Part shown: positions 36,451-46,511 of the stretch, piece by piece | Numbering within the stretch: position 1 is the first letter of the stretch | How the letters are laid out: each line of letters starts with the position of its first letter | DNA from: Armatimonadia bacterium | GTDB taxonomy: Bacteria > Armatimonadota > Zipacnadia > Zipacnadales > UBA11051 | Assembly: GCA_039683575.1 (NCBI GenBank) | Contig: JBDKRC010000208.1 | Span: forward strand, 1 to 52,068 | Direction of reading: 5' to 3' | DNA length: 52,068 nucleotides | Program-made: the position numbers and the translations under genes | Notes under the pieces: generated by a model | Seen by the model: only the letters and a program-made list of their open reading frames with translations | Database searches by the model: none | What the model was told of the DNA's origin: nothing

Positions 36451-37056
36451 TCAGGCCCGATACTCCGCTATCTGCTCCACGGTCACGGCCACAAATCCAT
36501 ACTCTGCGATGACGTCCATCAGCAGGTCGCCACGGGCCATGTGGCCGTCGGGGGCCAGCATCTCGCACATGACCACGGCCGGGTAGACCTCGGCCAGATG
36601 CGCCAAAGCGACCGCGCCCTCGGTGTGTCCGGCCCGCTCTGCTATTCCGCCGGGCGACGCCGCCAGCGGGAAGAGGTGGCCGGGGCGCATGAAGTGCTCT
36701 GGCTTGGACGCGGGATCCACCAGCGCACGAGCAGTCACTGCGCGGTCGAAGGCCGACACGCCCGTGGTGGTGCCGATCGTGTAGTCCACCGGCGCCGCGA
36801 AGCGAGGCCAGTTGCAGCCGCAGTTGGCCGGGTCGAGCAGGGGGATGCCCAACTCTTCAAGGCGGGCAGCGGACATGGCAATGGTCACCAGGCCGCGGGC
36901 CTGGGTGATCATGACGTTGAGCTTTTCGCCGGTAGCGAACTGGGCAGCGAGCAGGAGGTCGGCCTCGCCTTCACGTTCGGGATGGTCGAGAAGGGCTACA
37001 AACTCGCCGGAGGCGAGTGCGGCAATTGCCTGGTCAACAGTATGAGTCGGTTTCAT
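36451..37056 (-). CDS. ribB: 3,4-dihydroxy-2-butanone-4-phosphate synthase (stand-alone)
   Basis: D..EREGEADL, TTGVSAFDRA.T, RPGHLFPL, RAGHTEGAV, VMCEML..DG.MAR. Confidence 0.92.
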   Translation of the reverse strand: MKPTHTVDQAIAALASGEFVALLDHPEREGEADLLLAAQFATGEKLNVMITQARGLVTIAMSAARLEELGIPLLDPANCGCNWPRFAAPVDYTIGTTTGVSAFDRAVTARALVDPASKPEHFMRPGHLFPLAASPGGIAERAGHTEGAVALAHLAEVYPAVVMCEMLAPDGHMARGDLLMDVIAEYGFVAVTVEQIAEYRA

Positions 37057-37079
37057 GGGTTATTCTCGTTCGACTGATA

Positions 37080-38012
37080 TCAGGCAGGCCGTTTGGCCTG
37101 GCTGGCAATGTAGACCCCGGCCAGGGTCGTGATGACGCCAAGGGCCTGCAGGAGGCTCGGGGCCTCGTCAATCACGAAGTACGCGACGACCAGCGCCACC
37201 GGCGGCACCAGGTACTGGAAGATCATCGTCTTGGACGACCCCAGGACGCGCACACCTCGGTACCATACCACAAACCCGTATACGCCCGCGAGCCACGCGA
37301 AGTATAGTACGCAGGCCCAGCCACCTGGGGCGAGGTGGGCCCAGTCGTAGTTCAGGGCCTGGCTCCAGCCGATGGGTACAATCATGATTGCACCCAGGGT
37401 ATGGGCCCAGGCGGTGACCTTCAGCGGCGAGTAGTGGCGCAGCAGGGGCTTGCTGAAAATCGCGTAGGAGGCCCAGAGAATGGCACCGGCAATCATCACC
37501 AGGTCGCCGAGGATGTGGGTCTTGGGGATGTTGGCCGAGGCGTCGCCACCGAAGATGACGAGGGCAATGCCGATGAAGCCGAAGATCACGCCCAGCAGGC
37601 CGCGACGGGAGAATTTCTCATGGCCGAGCGCCGTGGTGATCAGGAACGTGAAGATCGGCGCGCTACTGATCAACAGGGCCGATTCGCCGGCTGAGGTGAG
37701 CTGAATGGCCTTGGCAAAGAGATACTGGTAGATGCCTACGGTGAAGAAGGAGAAAATCGCGAGGTAGCGCCAGTGCTCGCGCTTGATGTGCACGTTGCGC
37801 TCCATCACCAGCAACAGGCCGAGCAGGACCGGTACCATGAGAATATAGCGGGCCGAGAGCAGGCCCGTGACGCTGAAATGGTAGGTTTTGTAGAGAATCT
37901 TCAGCGCTACGAAGTTGAAACCCCAGGTCAGGGGCACGGTCGCGAGCCAGAGGTAGGTGCCGGCGACTGACGGCTTGTGGGTAGTGGGTTCGACGGGGGC
38001 AGGTACAGACAT
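37080..38012 (-). CDS. DMT/EamA family transporter
   Basis: WG.NF motif, two EamA repeats, about 10 TM segments. Confidence 0.9.
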   Translation of the reverse strand: MSVPAPVEPTTHKPSVAGTYLWLATVPLTWGFNFVALKILYKTYHFSVTGLLSARYILMVPVLLGLLLVMERNVHIKREHWRYLAIFSFFTVGIYQYLFAKAIQLTSAGESALLISSAPIFTFLITTALGHEKFSRRGLLGVIFGFIGIALVIFGGDASANIPKTHILGDLVMIAGAILWASYAIFSKPLLRHYSPLKVTAWAHTLGAIMIVPIGWSQALNYDWAHLAPGGWACVLYFAWLAGVYGFVVWYRGVRVLGSSKTMIFQYLVPPVALVVAYFVIDEAPSLLQALGVITTLAGVYIASQAKRPA

Positions 38013-38065
38013 GGATGCACCAGACGAAAAGTCAGCGCCCCGCTGACTGGGGCGCCTGTAAGGTG

Positions 38066-38094
38066 ATTATAGACCGGAGCCGTGGAATCGTCAA
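38066..38094 (-). promoter_or_regulatory. sigma70 promoter for DMT-ribB
   Basis: Minus-strand TTGACG (38094-38089), 17 nt, TATAAT (38071-38066). Confidence 0.75.
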
Positions 38095-38201
38095 ACGGCA
38101 GGGCTCAGAGGTCAGGGATCTGGTCTCAAAAGGGCAGCCGGGAGGTCTGCCGCAGGTATCAGTGGAATCCCCAGACAGCACATACGCGGGAGGTTTTTGC
38201 C

Positions 38202-39914
38202 ATGCGCCGGTTCGTCTTGATTGCTATCACACTGCTCCTGGCCTGTGGCGTCTGGGCCGGGACTGTTACGGGGCGCGTCTTTGTTGACCTGAATGGAGAT
38301 GGGACATACCAGGCCGGGGAGGCTGGAGTTGCCGGCGTGCTGGTCAGCGACGGCGCAACGCTGGTGCGGACGGCCGCAGACGGGGTCTACCGGCTTGAGA
38401 TGCCGGATGGAGAGCAGGTAGTCTTTGTCGAGAACCCCGCCGGGACCTGGGCGACCAAGGGGTTCTACAGGAATGTGAAGGTGGGACCGGCAGAGGCGGA
38501 CTTCCCGTTGGTGCGGCAGGAGCAGAAGGTGCCCTTCTACTTCGTGCAGGGCACCGATCTACACATCCGGCCAGGGGTCGAGCCCCAGATGGCGCAGTAC
38601 GTGGCCGCAATCAACGGGCTCGCGGTGCCGTTGGCCTTCGTTGTCCATACCGGGGACCTCGTGGCGGATACCAACGGCAGCGATGTGAACGAGGCCCGCA
38701 AGCAGTTTGGCCTGTACAAGCAAATGGTAGCCGGCCTGAAGCCGCCCCTGCTCAACCTGCCGGGCAACCATGAGCATGTGGCGGCCAACCGCAAGGATAT
38801 TCCACCGACCACCCCGGGCTGGGGCAAGGGGCTGTATCGTGAGGTCTTCGGGCCCACCTACTATGCCTTCAACTACGCGGGCGTTCATCTCGTGGCGCTT
38901 GATGGCAGCCGCTTCGTCAACAACAAGCTGGCATGGGACATGTCCCCGGAGTGCCTTGAGTGGCTGAAGGCATACCTCGCGCAGGTGCCGGCGAGTGAGC
39001 CGCTGGTGCTGCTGATCCATGAACCCTTCGCAACCCTCCCCGGCAAGGCGCAGATCGAGGAAGCCTTGAAGGGGCGGAAGGTGCTGCTCTCGCTGTCGGG
39101 ACACGGTCATGGCATCGCTCGCTGGACCTTTGCGGGGGCGCCGGAGATCATGGGCGGAGCCACAAGCTATGCGTGGCATGGCTCGAACTTCGGCGCCAAT
39201 GCCCTGGGATACCACCTTGTGAAGATCACCGGTGACGGGGTCGACAGCGCCTTCGGGGACTGGGCCGAGAAGTACCCCGTAACAGTGCTGACGCCGGGGC
39301 GGATGGCTATGCCCAAGGGCACGATCAAGGTCGAGGCCCTGTTCCTGGACCTCAAGAACGAGGTCCAGTCGGCGGAGGTAGGCATCGGCAGCGCCCTGGT
39401 GAAGGTGCCCGAGATCGGGACGCAGGGGATGTACCGCAAAGTGACCACGGAACTGACCGTGCCGCCGCTGCCAGATGGCGTCCATGACCTGGTCATAACT
39501 CTCCACGGGCAGGGGGAGCCTTTCGTGGAGCGACAGCCGTTTGTGGTGCTGACAGGGCAGCAGGAGCCCTTCACGGCTGCAGGGCCGGCGAGACTGCGGA
39601 CGACAGTGAAGAGCGTTCAGGCCCCGCATGCGATCAGGGTGAACGGGCGGGAGGTAGTGAAGCTGGACCCGGCCGCGGGAGAGGTGCAGAAGGTGGATGT
39701 CGAGATACCAGCCGAGGCGCTGCGGCGGCTGAATGTGGTAGAGATGGTGTCCGGCCCGCTGGCGGAGGGTGCGGGCTACGATGACTGCAATGCCGAGTTC
39801 ATCACGCTGCTCTACCAGGGCAAGGTGTACCGGGACTGCCGCATTAACGGGGTGAACCTGAAGAAGGCAGCGGAGGCCCAGACGGGGACGATGTACTTTG
39901 ATCTGACGAGATAG
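38202..39914 (+). CDS. Secreted calcineurin-like metallophosphoesterase with N-terminal SdrD-B/MetallophosN-like domain
   Basis: Signal peptide; GRVFVDLNGDG...GV.VSDG; DLH, GDL, GNHE, HEP, GHGH motifs. GGGAGG RBS. Confidence 0.88.
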   Translation: MRRFVLIAITLLLACGVWAGTVTGRVFVDLNGDGTYQAGEAGVAGVLVSDGATLVRTAADGVYRLEMPDGEQVVFVENPAGTWATKGFYRNVKVGPAEADFPLVRQEQKVPFYFVQGTDLHIRPGVEPQMAQYVAAINGLAVPLAFVVHTGDLVADTNGSDVNEARKQFGLYKQMVAGLKPPLLNLPGNHEHVAANRKDIPPTTPGWGKGLYREVFGPTYYAFNYAGVHLVALDGSRFVNNKLAWDMSPECLEWLKAYLAQVPASEPLVLLIHEPFATLPGKAQIEEALKGRKVLLSLSGHGHGIARWTFAGAPEIMGGATSYAWHGSNFGANALGYHLVKITGDGVDSAFGDWAEKYPVTVLTPGRMAMPKGTIKVEALFLDLKNEVQSAEVGIGSALVKVPEIGTQGMYRKVTTELTVPPLPDGVHDLVITLHGQGEPFVERQPFVVLTGQQEPFTAAGPARLRTTVKSVQAPHAIRVNGREVVKLDPAAGEVQKVDVEIPAEALRRLNVVEMVSGPLAEGAGYDDCNAEFITLLYQGKVYRDCRINGVNLKKAAEAQTGTMYFDLTR

Positions 39915-39934
39915 CCCGGCGCACTCCCACCGGG

Positions 39935-39990
39935 AACGAACGCGCCTCCCCGCGCGGACGAAGCGTCCGCAGGGGAGGCGCGTTTTCGTT
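39935..39990. terminator. Bidirectional terminator between convergent genes
   Basis: aacgcgcctcccc/ggggaggcgcgtt plus gcggacg/cgtccgc stems, T-tract on the right. Confidence 0.75.
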
Positions 39991-40004
39991 TGGGACGGTC
40001 TATC

Positions 40005-43000
40005 TCAGCGGTCGCCGAAGCGAACTGTCACGCCGCCTGCCTGCCAGGGGATGTCACCTGCGGTGGCGGTCCACTTACCACCAATCTTCACTTGCACGGG
40101 CTGGCCCATCTTCACGTTGGCATCGCTCGTGCCGTTGATCACAGCGGTTCCGTCCGGGTTGGTCACCAGCGAGCACGTATTGTAGATTGTGAAGCTGTCT
40201 CCCTGCCGCAGATCGTAGTAGTACACGCGCTGGCCCTTGCGGAAGCCCTTGACGCTGTCGACCTTGATGATGAACGGCTGGGCGTGGGTCGTGGCTCTGA
40301 TGGTCGTCTGCAGCTTGCCATCGGCAGTCGAGAGCAGCTTGCCATGGAAGAAATGGCTGTCGGGACGACCGAGGGCCCGGCTGTACTCGTGGGGGTTCAG
40401 GGTCGTGATCGTGTGCTCATCCATAGGATCGTCATCGAGGTCGGCGAAGCCCAGGACGAAGGAGGTTTGGCCGAGGTCGATGACCGAGCCGGTGGGCGTC
40501 GCAGTGATGCCGGCGATGCGATAGACGGTGTTGCGCGAGTAGCCGGGATTGTTGAAGTAGATCGGCTGGTTGGTCAGACGGCCATCGGTCGGGAGTTTGA
40601 GGTTGGTGTAGACCTTGTTGTCTTTGTAGTCCACGATGCTGACTTCGCCCGCGAAGGAGGACTGCGGGAGGCTGAGGGTGAGCGCGGAGGACTTGAGGTC
40701 AGAGCCGCCGACGAGGTTGGCGCTCGTGACCTTGCCCTCGCGGGTGCTGAGGCGGGCGAAGCGCGCGTCGGTGGTGAGGCCGTCCACGGTCACCTCGGCC
40801 GCTTTGACGTCCGGTCGCGCGTAGAGGAGGGTGTCCTGCCGGCCTGAGACGTGATCCACTCGGACCGCCTGATGGCCCTCGGGGGCGGAGAGGCGCGTGA
40901 TGGACTTCAGGAACGGTGCGGCTTTGGTCTCGGCAGGCTGGGCCGCAGCGGGTGTGAGGGCTATATACTGCACGCCGATCCAGTAGTTTTCGCCCTGTGG
41001 TTTGACGACCCTGATCGCGAAGTCATGCTTGCCGGCGGTCAGGTTGCGAGTGCCGAGGCTGAAGATCTCCGAACCGTTCTGGGGGACAGTCCCGGGCTCG
41101 TTGAGGAGTTTGGGAAGGGTCTCGCCATCCACGCTCAACTGGGCCACGCCGTAGTTGGGTGAGCCGTAGATGGAGACGTTGATCGTGTAGTCGCCGGCCT
41201 TCGCCACCTGCAGGGGCAGCCGCATCTCGTCGCCGGGGCCGGTGGCTTTGAAGAGCACAAGTTGGTACTGCGGGATCGGCCTGATCTCGCCGGCAGTGGC
41301 AGTGGCGACGGCAGCGAGCTTCTCGCTCTGGTAGACGCCCTCGGGCAGAGGGCGCGCGTAGGGCTCGTAGACGGCCATGTAGGCGCTGCTCAGAGCCGCG
41401 GCGTCGCTTTGGCGGCGGGCAATTACGTAGCGCGCCCGAGGGTAACCGGAGGGCGCACCGTAGGCGCCGACGGTTTCGGGATAAATGCCGGGAGCCCAGG
41501 CGGTAATGAGCTCGGTGCCGGGCTCGGGCAGGAGGGTCATCTTCACATGGGCGTCTTCCTGGCCGATGTCCCAGGTAGCGGCGACATTGCCGGCTATGGG
41601 AGCGCGCTGGGGATTCATCAGGAAGCCGAGGCCGTTGCCGGGGGGCGGATTCCAATACACCTTATTGGGGAAGCCGATCATGTCGGCGTCGTTGCCCTGC
41701 AGTTCGCCCCACTTGAGGTCAGCGCCGGCGAGAGAGCCGGCCTCTGGTTCGGAGAGCTTCACGCCCTCGAAGTTCACAGTCTTGGACAGGGCGTGGAAGA
41801 GGTAGTCGTGCTGCTTGCCGCCAGCGACCTGGAAGAGGTCGAGGAGGTAGGTGTCGGGGCCGTCACCCACCAGGGCGCAGACGCGGCGGTAATCGGTGAC
41901 GCCGAGGCTGCTGTAGGTGCTGGGGGCGGTGCACTCGCTCACCTGCAGACCGGGGAGACCGGCGAAGAGAGCGAGGTCGCCGCCGCTGCCGTCTTTGGCG
42001 GCGTCGCGACCCTGACTGGCTTCGTCCACCAGCACGAGATTGTGGGAGGCAGTCTGGTGAGACCAGCCAACCTGGGTGTGGGTGGAGCCGAGACCGTAGC
42101 CCAGGTCGTAGGTGAGTTCGTAGCCGAGGCCGTAGTAGTTGAGGTTGAGATCATCGCGGTGACCGTGGTTGAGAGAGGGGCCGAAGCGGATGATCGCGGC
42201 CTGGGCCTCGGGGCTATTGGGCGTGCGGAGGATCGCCAGGCCCTTTTGGCCGAAGAAATTGGTGGCATTGAGGCGGCGGTCGAGCCAGGAGGGGAGCTTG
42301 CCTTCACCCGTGGGGGGAGTATCGGCATGAAACAGCAACCACTCCTGGTCGGGTTCGGAGGCGCGGGCACGGGTGATATCGCCGTTGGACAACCAGGCGA
42401 CAAGGTTGCCAAAGTCCTGTCTCGTCTGGCCGCTGGAGCGCGCGTAGAGCATTTCGGCGAAGTGGAGATCGAGCGGCGAGGAAGGCTTGGCCGGTGGCAT
42501 CACCCGCGTGATATCGGGGCCGGAATCGCCGAAGCGGGGGTTGTGGCCGAGAGCGGTGATAGCGCCGGCGGGCAGGGTATAGAAGGATTGGAAGACCGGA
42601 TCGTTGTAGACATCAATACCCTTGGGGTACTTTTCGCTGCGGTAATTCCACAAGGGGTCGGAGAAGGTCAAGTATAGCTCGCGGCTGTGATCGGCGTACA
42701 TCGTCGAGGTCTCGAAGTACCGGCCGTCGCGGCAGACGTTGTTGTGCACCAGCGCCTGGATGCCGTAGGGGCCGCTGTACGCCCAGTCGACGTAACTCTC
42801 GATGCCAAGGAGAGCGCCGACGGACAACGCACCGCGGATGTAGTCAGCTTCCCCGTTGTTCAGGCCACCCTTGAGAGACTGCTCGTAGCAGTACGCGGCG
42901 CCGTTCTTGAGCATGTTGCGCTCGATGTTCTCGCGGCGAGTGAGGCCGGTCGTCACGGAGCGCTCGTCGAGAGACTTGCTGTTGTAGATCTGATCGTAGA

Positions 43001-44162
43001 AGTCGACAAGGCGCACGAGCACGCGGGCAACCTGGTACCACGGGCGGGCGAGGCGGCCGCTGGGTGGGTTGGAGGGATAGTCCCACGAGCCGGCATCGCA
43101 TGAGGGATAGATGTCGGCGATCAGGTCGAGGATATAGGCGGCCTTGCGAGCGTACTTTTCGTCGCCAGTGAGCGAGTAGGCGACGGCGCAATTGCCAGCC
43201 ATGTCGTGGATGAATTTCTCAGTGACCCACGCGTTCCAGGAGCCCACGAAGTAGTGAATGCGGCCATCGGGGTTCTTGTAGCCTGTGCCCTCGTCGGGAT
43301 ACTGCTCGTTGGGCAGGACATGGCCCTTGAGGCAGGTGACGTGGCCGGGGTTGTCCCAGGAGCAGCGGGCGCCGGCCCAGGTGCCCCAGCTTGACTTGCA
43401 GATCGGGCAGCCCGTGAGCCCGTAGGCGAAAGCCGCGCCCTTGGCGGGCAGCATGTCGCGGTACCACTCGTCCGTGCGCGCGACGGCGGCGTCGGCCTGG
43501 GCGATCACACCCTTGGCGTAGGACGCGGCCCAAGATTGCTCTTTCACCCGCTGGCGCGCCGCCTGCACGTCGGCGACGGTGTGGTAGACGCAGGGGTGCT
43601 CCGAGCGGCCCTTTTCGGTGAGATCGATCTTCTTCCATCCGGTCTTTGGTGACACTTTCACTCGCACCTGCTGATCAGGATCAAGATAGGCGCTCAGGCG
43701 TGCAACGCCGAGGTACATCTTGTCAGGCTGATAGGTCTCGTTGACGGTGACACGCACGGAATCGGTGGTGAGGGCAGGGAAGCGAACGATAAAGGGCCCG
43801 CGCTCATCGGGGAAAGTCTGCTCCAGGGGCGGGCCGGCGGAGAAGCTGATCGTGACGCTCTTGAGGTTCGTGTAGAGGCTGGGGTTCTCGGCGTTGTAGA
43901 GGACGAGGGTGTCAATCTTCTGCGGCTGCGCGAACCGGATCTCAAGCCACTGCGGCAGCTTGTTGTTGTAACCGGCCCACCAGGTGTCGTCCTTCTCGTC
44001 AATGGCGTCAGCAGCGCTGTACTTGGCCCCAACAGCACCAGCGGCCGAAGAAGCCGAAGGCGCCGCACCCGGTACGAGGTCTTTGGCAAGGCCCGCTGTG
44101 AACTGGGCGTGAGCGGCTGAAACCAAAACGAGAGCTAACAGCAGCGGCAGCAGTCTATACAC
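40005..44162 (-). CDS. Secreted heparinase II/III-family polysaccharide lyase-like protein with discoidin and CBM-like modules
   Basis: GTG start at 44162 after GGGAGG; signal peptide; F5/8C-like 'AID....TWW....PQWLEI.F'; 'HPCVY', 'HGHRDDLNL.YY', 'TASHNLVLVD', 'Y.R..ALV', 'YLLDLF.V.GG.QHDY.FH'. Confidence 0.8.
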   Translation of the reverse strand: MYRLLPLLLALVLVSAAHAQFTAGLAKDLVPGAAPSASSAAGAVGAKYSAADAIDEKDDTWWAGYNNKLPQWLEIRFAQPQKIDTLVLYNAENPSLYTNLKSVTISFSAGPPLEQTFPDERGPFIVRFPALTTDSVRVTVNETYQPDKMYLGVARLSAYLDPDQQVRVKVSPKTGWKKIDLTEKGRSEHPCVYHTVADVQAARQRVKEQSWAASYAKGVIAQADAAVARTDEWYRDMLPAKGAAFAYGLTGCPICKSSWGTWAGARCSWDNPGHVTCLKGHVLPNEQYPDEGTGYKNPDGRIHYFVGSWNAWVTEKFIHDMAGNCAVAYSLTGDEKYARKAAYILDLIADIYPSCDAGSWDYPSNPPSGRLARPWYQVARVLVRLVDFYDQIYNSKSLDERSVTTGLTRRENIERNMLKNGAAYCYEQSLKGGLNNGEADYIRGALSVGALLGIESYVDWAYSGPYGIQALVHNNVCRDGRYFETSTMYADHSRELYLTFSDPLWNYRSEKYPKGIDVYNDPVFQSFYTLPAGAITALGHNPRFGDSGPDITRVMPPAKPSSPLDLHFAEMLYARSSGQTRQDFGNLVAWLSNGDITRARASEPDQEWLLFHADTPPTGEGKLPSWLDRRLNATNFFGQKGLAILRTPNSPEAQAAIIRFGPSLNHGHRDDLNLNYYGLGYELTYDLGYGLGSTHTQVGWSHQTASHNLVLVDEASQGRDAAKDGSGGDLALFAGLPGLQVSECTAPSTYSSLGVTDYRRVCALVGDGPDTYLLDLFQVAGGKQHDYLFHALSKTVNFEGVKLSEPEAGSLAGADLKWGELQGNDADMIGFPNKVYWNPPPGNGLGFLMNPQRAPIAGNVAATWDIGQEDAHVKMTLLPEPGTELITAWAPGIYPETVGAYGAPSGYPRARYVIARRQSDAAALSSAYMAVYEPYARPLPEGVYQSEKLAAVATATAGEIRPIPQYQLVLFKATGPGDEMRLPLQVAKAGDYTINVSIYGSPNYGVAQLSVDGETLPKLLNEPGTVPQNGSEIFSLGTRNLTAGKHDFAIRVVKPQGENYWIGVQYIALTPAAAQPAETKAAPFLKSITRLSAPEGHQAVRVDHVSGRQDTLLYARPDVKAAEVTVDGLTTDARFARLSTREGKVTSANLVGGSDLKSSALTLSLPQSSFAGEVSIVDYKDNKVYTNLKLPTDGRLTNQPIYFNNPGYSRNTVYRIAGITATPTGSVIDLGQTSFVLGFADLDDDPMDEHTITTLNPHEYSRALGRPDSHFFHGKLLSTADGKLQTTIRATTHAQPFIIKVDSVKGFRKGQRVYYYDLRQGDSFTIYNTCSLVTNPDGTAVINGTSDANVKMGQPVQVKIGGKWTATAGDIPWQAGGVTVRFGDR

Positions 44163-44343
44163 GAAAGCGACCTCCCAGTCATCGTCTGCAGTGGGTTCGT
44201 CGGCAAGCACAAACAAGCTGAGTTCGCCGAAGAGCCTGTCATTCCTCTGCACACGTGCAGAGGCCAACAGAGGGCCGGAGCACGTGTGCCGACCCTCCGT
44301 ATGCTTGTGAGCAAACTAGCAGCAGGTTGCTCTGTGCCCTTGG

Positions 44344-45051
44344 CTATTGCGTCGGGTTAAAGTACGGGGCGTTGTTGCCGTTGTTGTACAGCGCGCTATG
44401 ACTCATAGCCTTGGCGTGTCCATCGCAGAAGGCGACGTTGCCCATGCCATTGTGGCGCTCTATGAAGTTGAACCCGGTGTACTGGTAGTTGTGGAAGACG
44501 CGCGCCTCGTCATAGGCCAGGGCATTATGCTTCCCCCCGCAGATGCTGCAGTTGCTGCCGTCTGGGTTGCAGACGAACTTCCCGAAGGAGGGGCTGCGGA
44601 AGATCACGCGCGCGTTCTGATCCTGGGCCACATCACCCATGATGACGATCTCCGCGGGGCGCACAATCTGCCCCAGGGTCATACTTGGCCCGTTGGAGGT
44701 CATGACCCCGGTGTAACCATAGCTGCGGTTACCCAGATAGTCATTGGTCAAGGATTTCATGTCCGAACTGGGGCAGTCGTGTACCTGGAAGCTCTTGATA
44801 TAGGGCTGGGTAGTCTGAATGAGGCCCATGCGTGGGGTGCCGAGGTCATAGTACATGGGCAGCCGCTCATCATAGTCCTGAGCATACTGCAGCAGTGCAA
44901 GGGTGATTTGCTTGACATTGCTCAGACACGTGCTCTGCCGGGCCTTCTCCCGGGCCTTCGCAAAGACCGGAAACAGGATGGCGGCCAGGATAGCGATGAT
45001 CGCAATGACGACCAGCAATTCAATCAACGTGAAACCTCGAGTTGACTTCAT
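44344..45051 (-). CDS. DUF1559 prepilin-type N-terminal cleavage/methylation protein with H-X9-DG motif
   Basis: [45 protein letters not shown]...YAQDYDE and [25 protein letters not shown]. Confidence 0.93.
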   Translation of the reverse strand: MKSTRGFTLIELLVVIAIIAILAAILFPVFAKAREKARQSTCLSNVKQITLALLQYAQDYDERLPMYYDLGTPRMGLIQTTQPYIKSFQVHDCPSSDMKSLTNDYLGNRSYGYTGVMTSNGPSMTLGQIVRPAEIVIMGDVAQDQNARVIFRSPSFGKFVCNPDGSNCSICGGKHNALAYDEARVFHNYQYTGFNFIERHNGMGNVAFCDGHAKAMSHSALYNNGNNAPYFNPTQ

Positions 45052-45188
45052 CTTGTGGGCCTCCCTAAGGTGATGGCGTATCCGTTCAGCACGGGCTGTC
45101 TTCAGACCTGCCATAGTAGACAAATCATGGTCGATCAGGTGCCATGGTTGTCAAGGCGAAGTGACAGGGACGCCGGCAAGCAAGCAGC

Positions 45189-45221
45189 AAAAGCGGGGTG
45201 GACGGCTTGCATCCACCCCGC
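45189..45221 (-). terminator. Intrinsic terminator downstream of the DUF1559 remnant
   Basis: gcggggtgga/tccaccccgc 10-bp stem, followed by TTTT on the minus strand. Confidence 0.65.
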
Positions 45222-45275
45222 GCACACTCGCCGCCTGAGCCGGGGGTGCCATCCCACCGCAAGGCCGTGGTGGGA

Positions 45276-45339
45276 GACGGGGAACAGGATTGCCGCAAGG
45301 ATCGCAATGATGGCAATCACGACCAGCAACTCGAGACAT
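45276..45339 (-). pseudogene. Frameshifted 5' remnant of a second DUF1559 prepilin-type gene
   Basis: RBS AGGGGGA and ATG TCT CGA, then [19 protein letters not shown] in a different frame (same peptide as the intact neighbour, with synonymous differences). Similarity ends after LFPV. Confidence 0.75.
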
Positions 45340-45470
45340 AATTCCCCCCTGATACTCCGTATCCAGCCACTTCTGACATCCATGTGGCAAAAGAGCTACC
45401 GTGCACCCGTGAGCAGGTTGAAGCGCGAGCCGTTGCGAACCTTCCGGAAACTATACTGAGGGTGATCTCG

Positions 45471-46511
45471 ATGATCGAGGAACCAGCCAATCTTTCTTTG
45501 CATGCGCGATTTGAGGAACTTCGGCGCAGCGCGCTGCTGTCCATGACCTTTGACGAGGAAGCCACAGGCGACTTCAAGTCCTGGCAGCGTCGCCTGCGCG
45601 AGGCGCTCCTGGACCTGCTGGCGGTCCACCCCCGGGAAGAGCAGCCCGTGGCGGGGGAGGTACTCGACGAACGTGACATGGGCGACTACACCCGCCAATA
45701 CGTGCGGTTCAACAGCCGCGACGGCGTGACCATCCCCGCCTTCAAGATGGTACCTAAGGGATTGAGCGGCCCAGTGCCCGCCGTGCTATGCCTGCACGGG
45801 CATGGCACGGGCAAGTGCATCCCGGCAAACTTCGGACAGGATGTGAAGGGCAGGCCGGTGGTGGTCGAGGGTGAGCGGGATTACGCAGTTCAGGCGGTAC
45901 GGGAGGGTTACATATCGCTGACGCCGGACCTGCGCGGGATGGGAGAGTTGATGCTGCAGGATGATCTCGTCGGGGATCGGGGCTCATCATGCCAGCAGCT
46001 TTCGCAGCGGGCGCTGATGGCCGGGCGGACACTGCTGGGGATGCGGGTGTTGGACTGCATGTCGGCGGTGGACTACCTGAGCGCGCTGCCCGAGGTGGAT
46101 GCCAGCAGACTGGTGTGTACGGGGCAATCCGGGGGCGGCACTGCGACACTCTTCGCGACGGCACTCGACACCCGGTTCGCGGTATCGGCACCGAGCTGCT
46201 ACTTCTGCACGTTCGAGCACTCGATCATGGCGATGAGCCACTGCGACTGCAACTACGCGCCAGGCCTTCTGAACCTGTGCGAGATGTACGACATCGCCGG
46301 TCTGATCGCGCCACGGCCCATGCTTATCATATCCGGCGAGCAGGACCCCATCTTCCCCATCGAGGGAGTGCGAATCGCGTTTGAGAAGCTGCAAAGGATG
46401 TACGAGGCAGCCGGGGCTGCGGGCAAGGTGGAGCTCTACGTCGGGCCAGAGGGGCACCGCTTCTACAAGGCGCGAGTGTGGGACTTTGTGCGGGAGAGCT
46501 TAGAGGCTTGA
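45471..46511 (+). CDS. Alpha/beta hydrolase (dienelactone hydrolase/acetyl-xylan-esterase-like)
   Basis: PAVLCLHGHG, GQSGGG nucleophile elbow, LIAPRP, D.IFP, GH.F catalytic triad context. Start may be further upstream (45384). Confidence 0.88.
   Translation: MIEEPANLSLHARFEELRRSALLSMTFDEEATGDFKSWQRRLREALLDLLAVHPREEQPVAGEVLDERDMGDYTRQYVRFNSRDGVTIPAFKMVPKGLSGPVPAVLCLHGHGTGKCIPANFGQDVKGRPVVVEGERDYAVQAVREGYISLTPDLRGMGELMLQDDLVGDRGSSCQQLSQRALMAGRTLLGMRVLDCMSAVDYLSALPEVDASRLVCTGQSGGGTATLFATALDTRFAVSAPSCYFCTFEHSIMAMSHCDCNYAPGLLNLCEMYDIAGLIAPRPMLIISGEQDPIFPIEGVRIAFEKLQRMYEAAGAAGKVELYVGPEGHRFYKARVWDFVRESLEA

Noticed and set aside
37057-37079. FMN riboswitch upstream of ribB
   Set aside because: Only 23 nt separate ribB from the DMT gene, and no RFN motif occurs there or in the DMT leader.
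45135-45383. 82-aa ORF containing the pilin helix, considered as an intact small pilin
   Set aside because: It lacks the G|FTLIE cleavage motif and an RBS at its start; the real RBS/ATG at 45339 is out of frame, so it is treated as a remnant.
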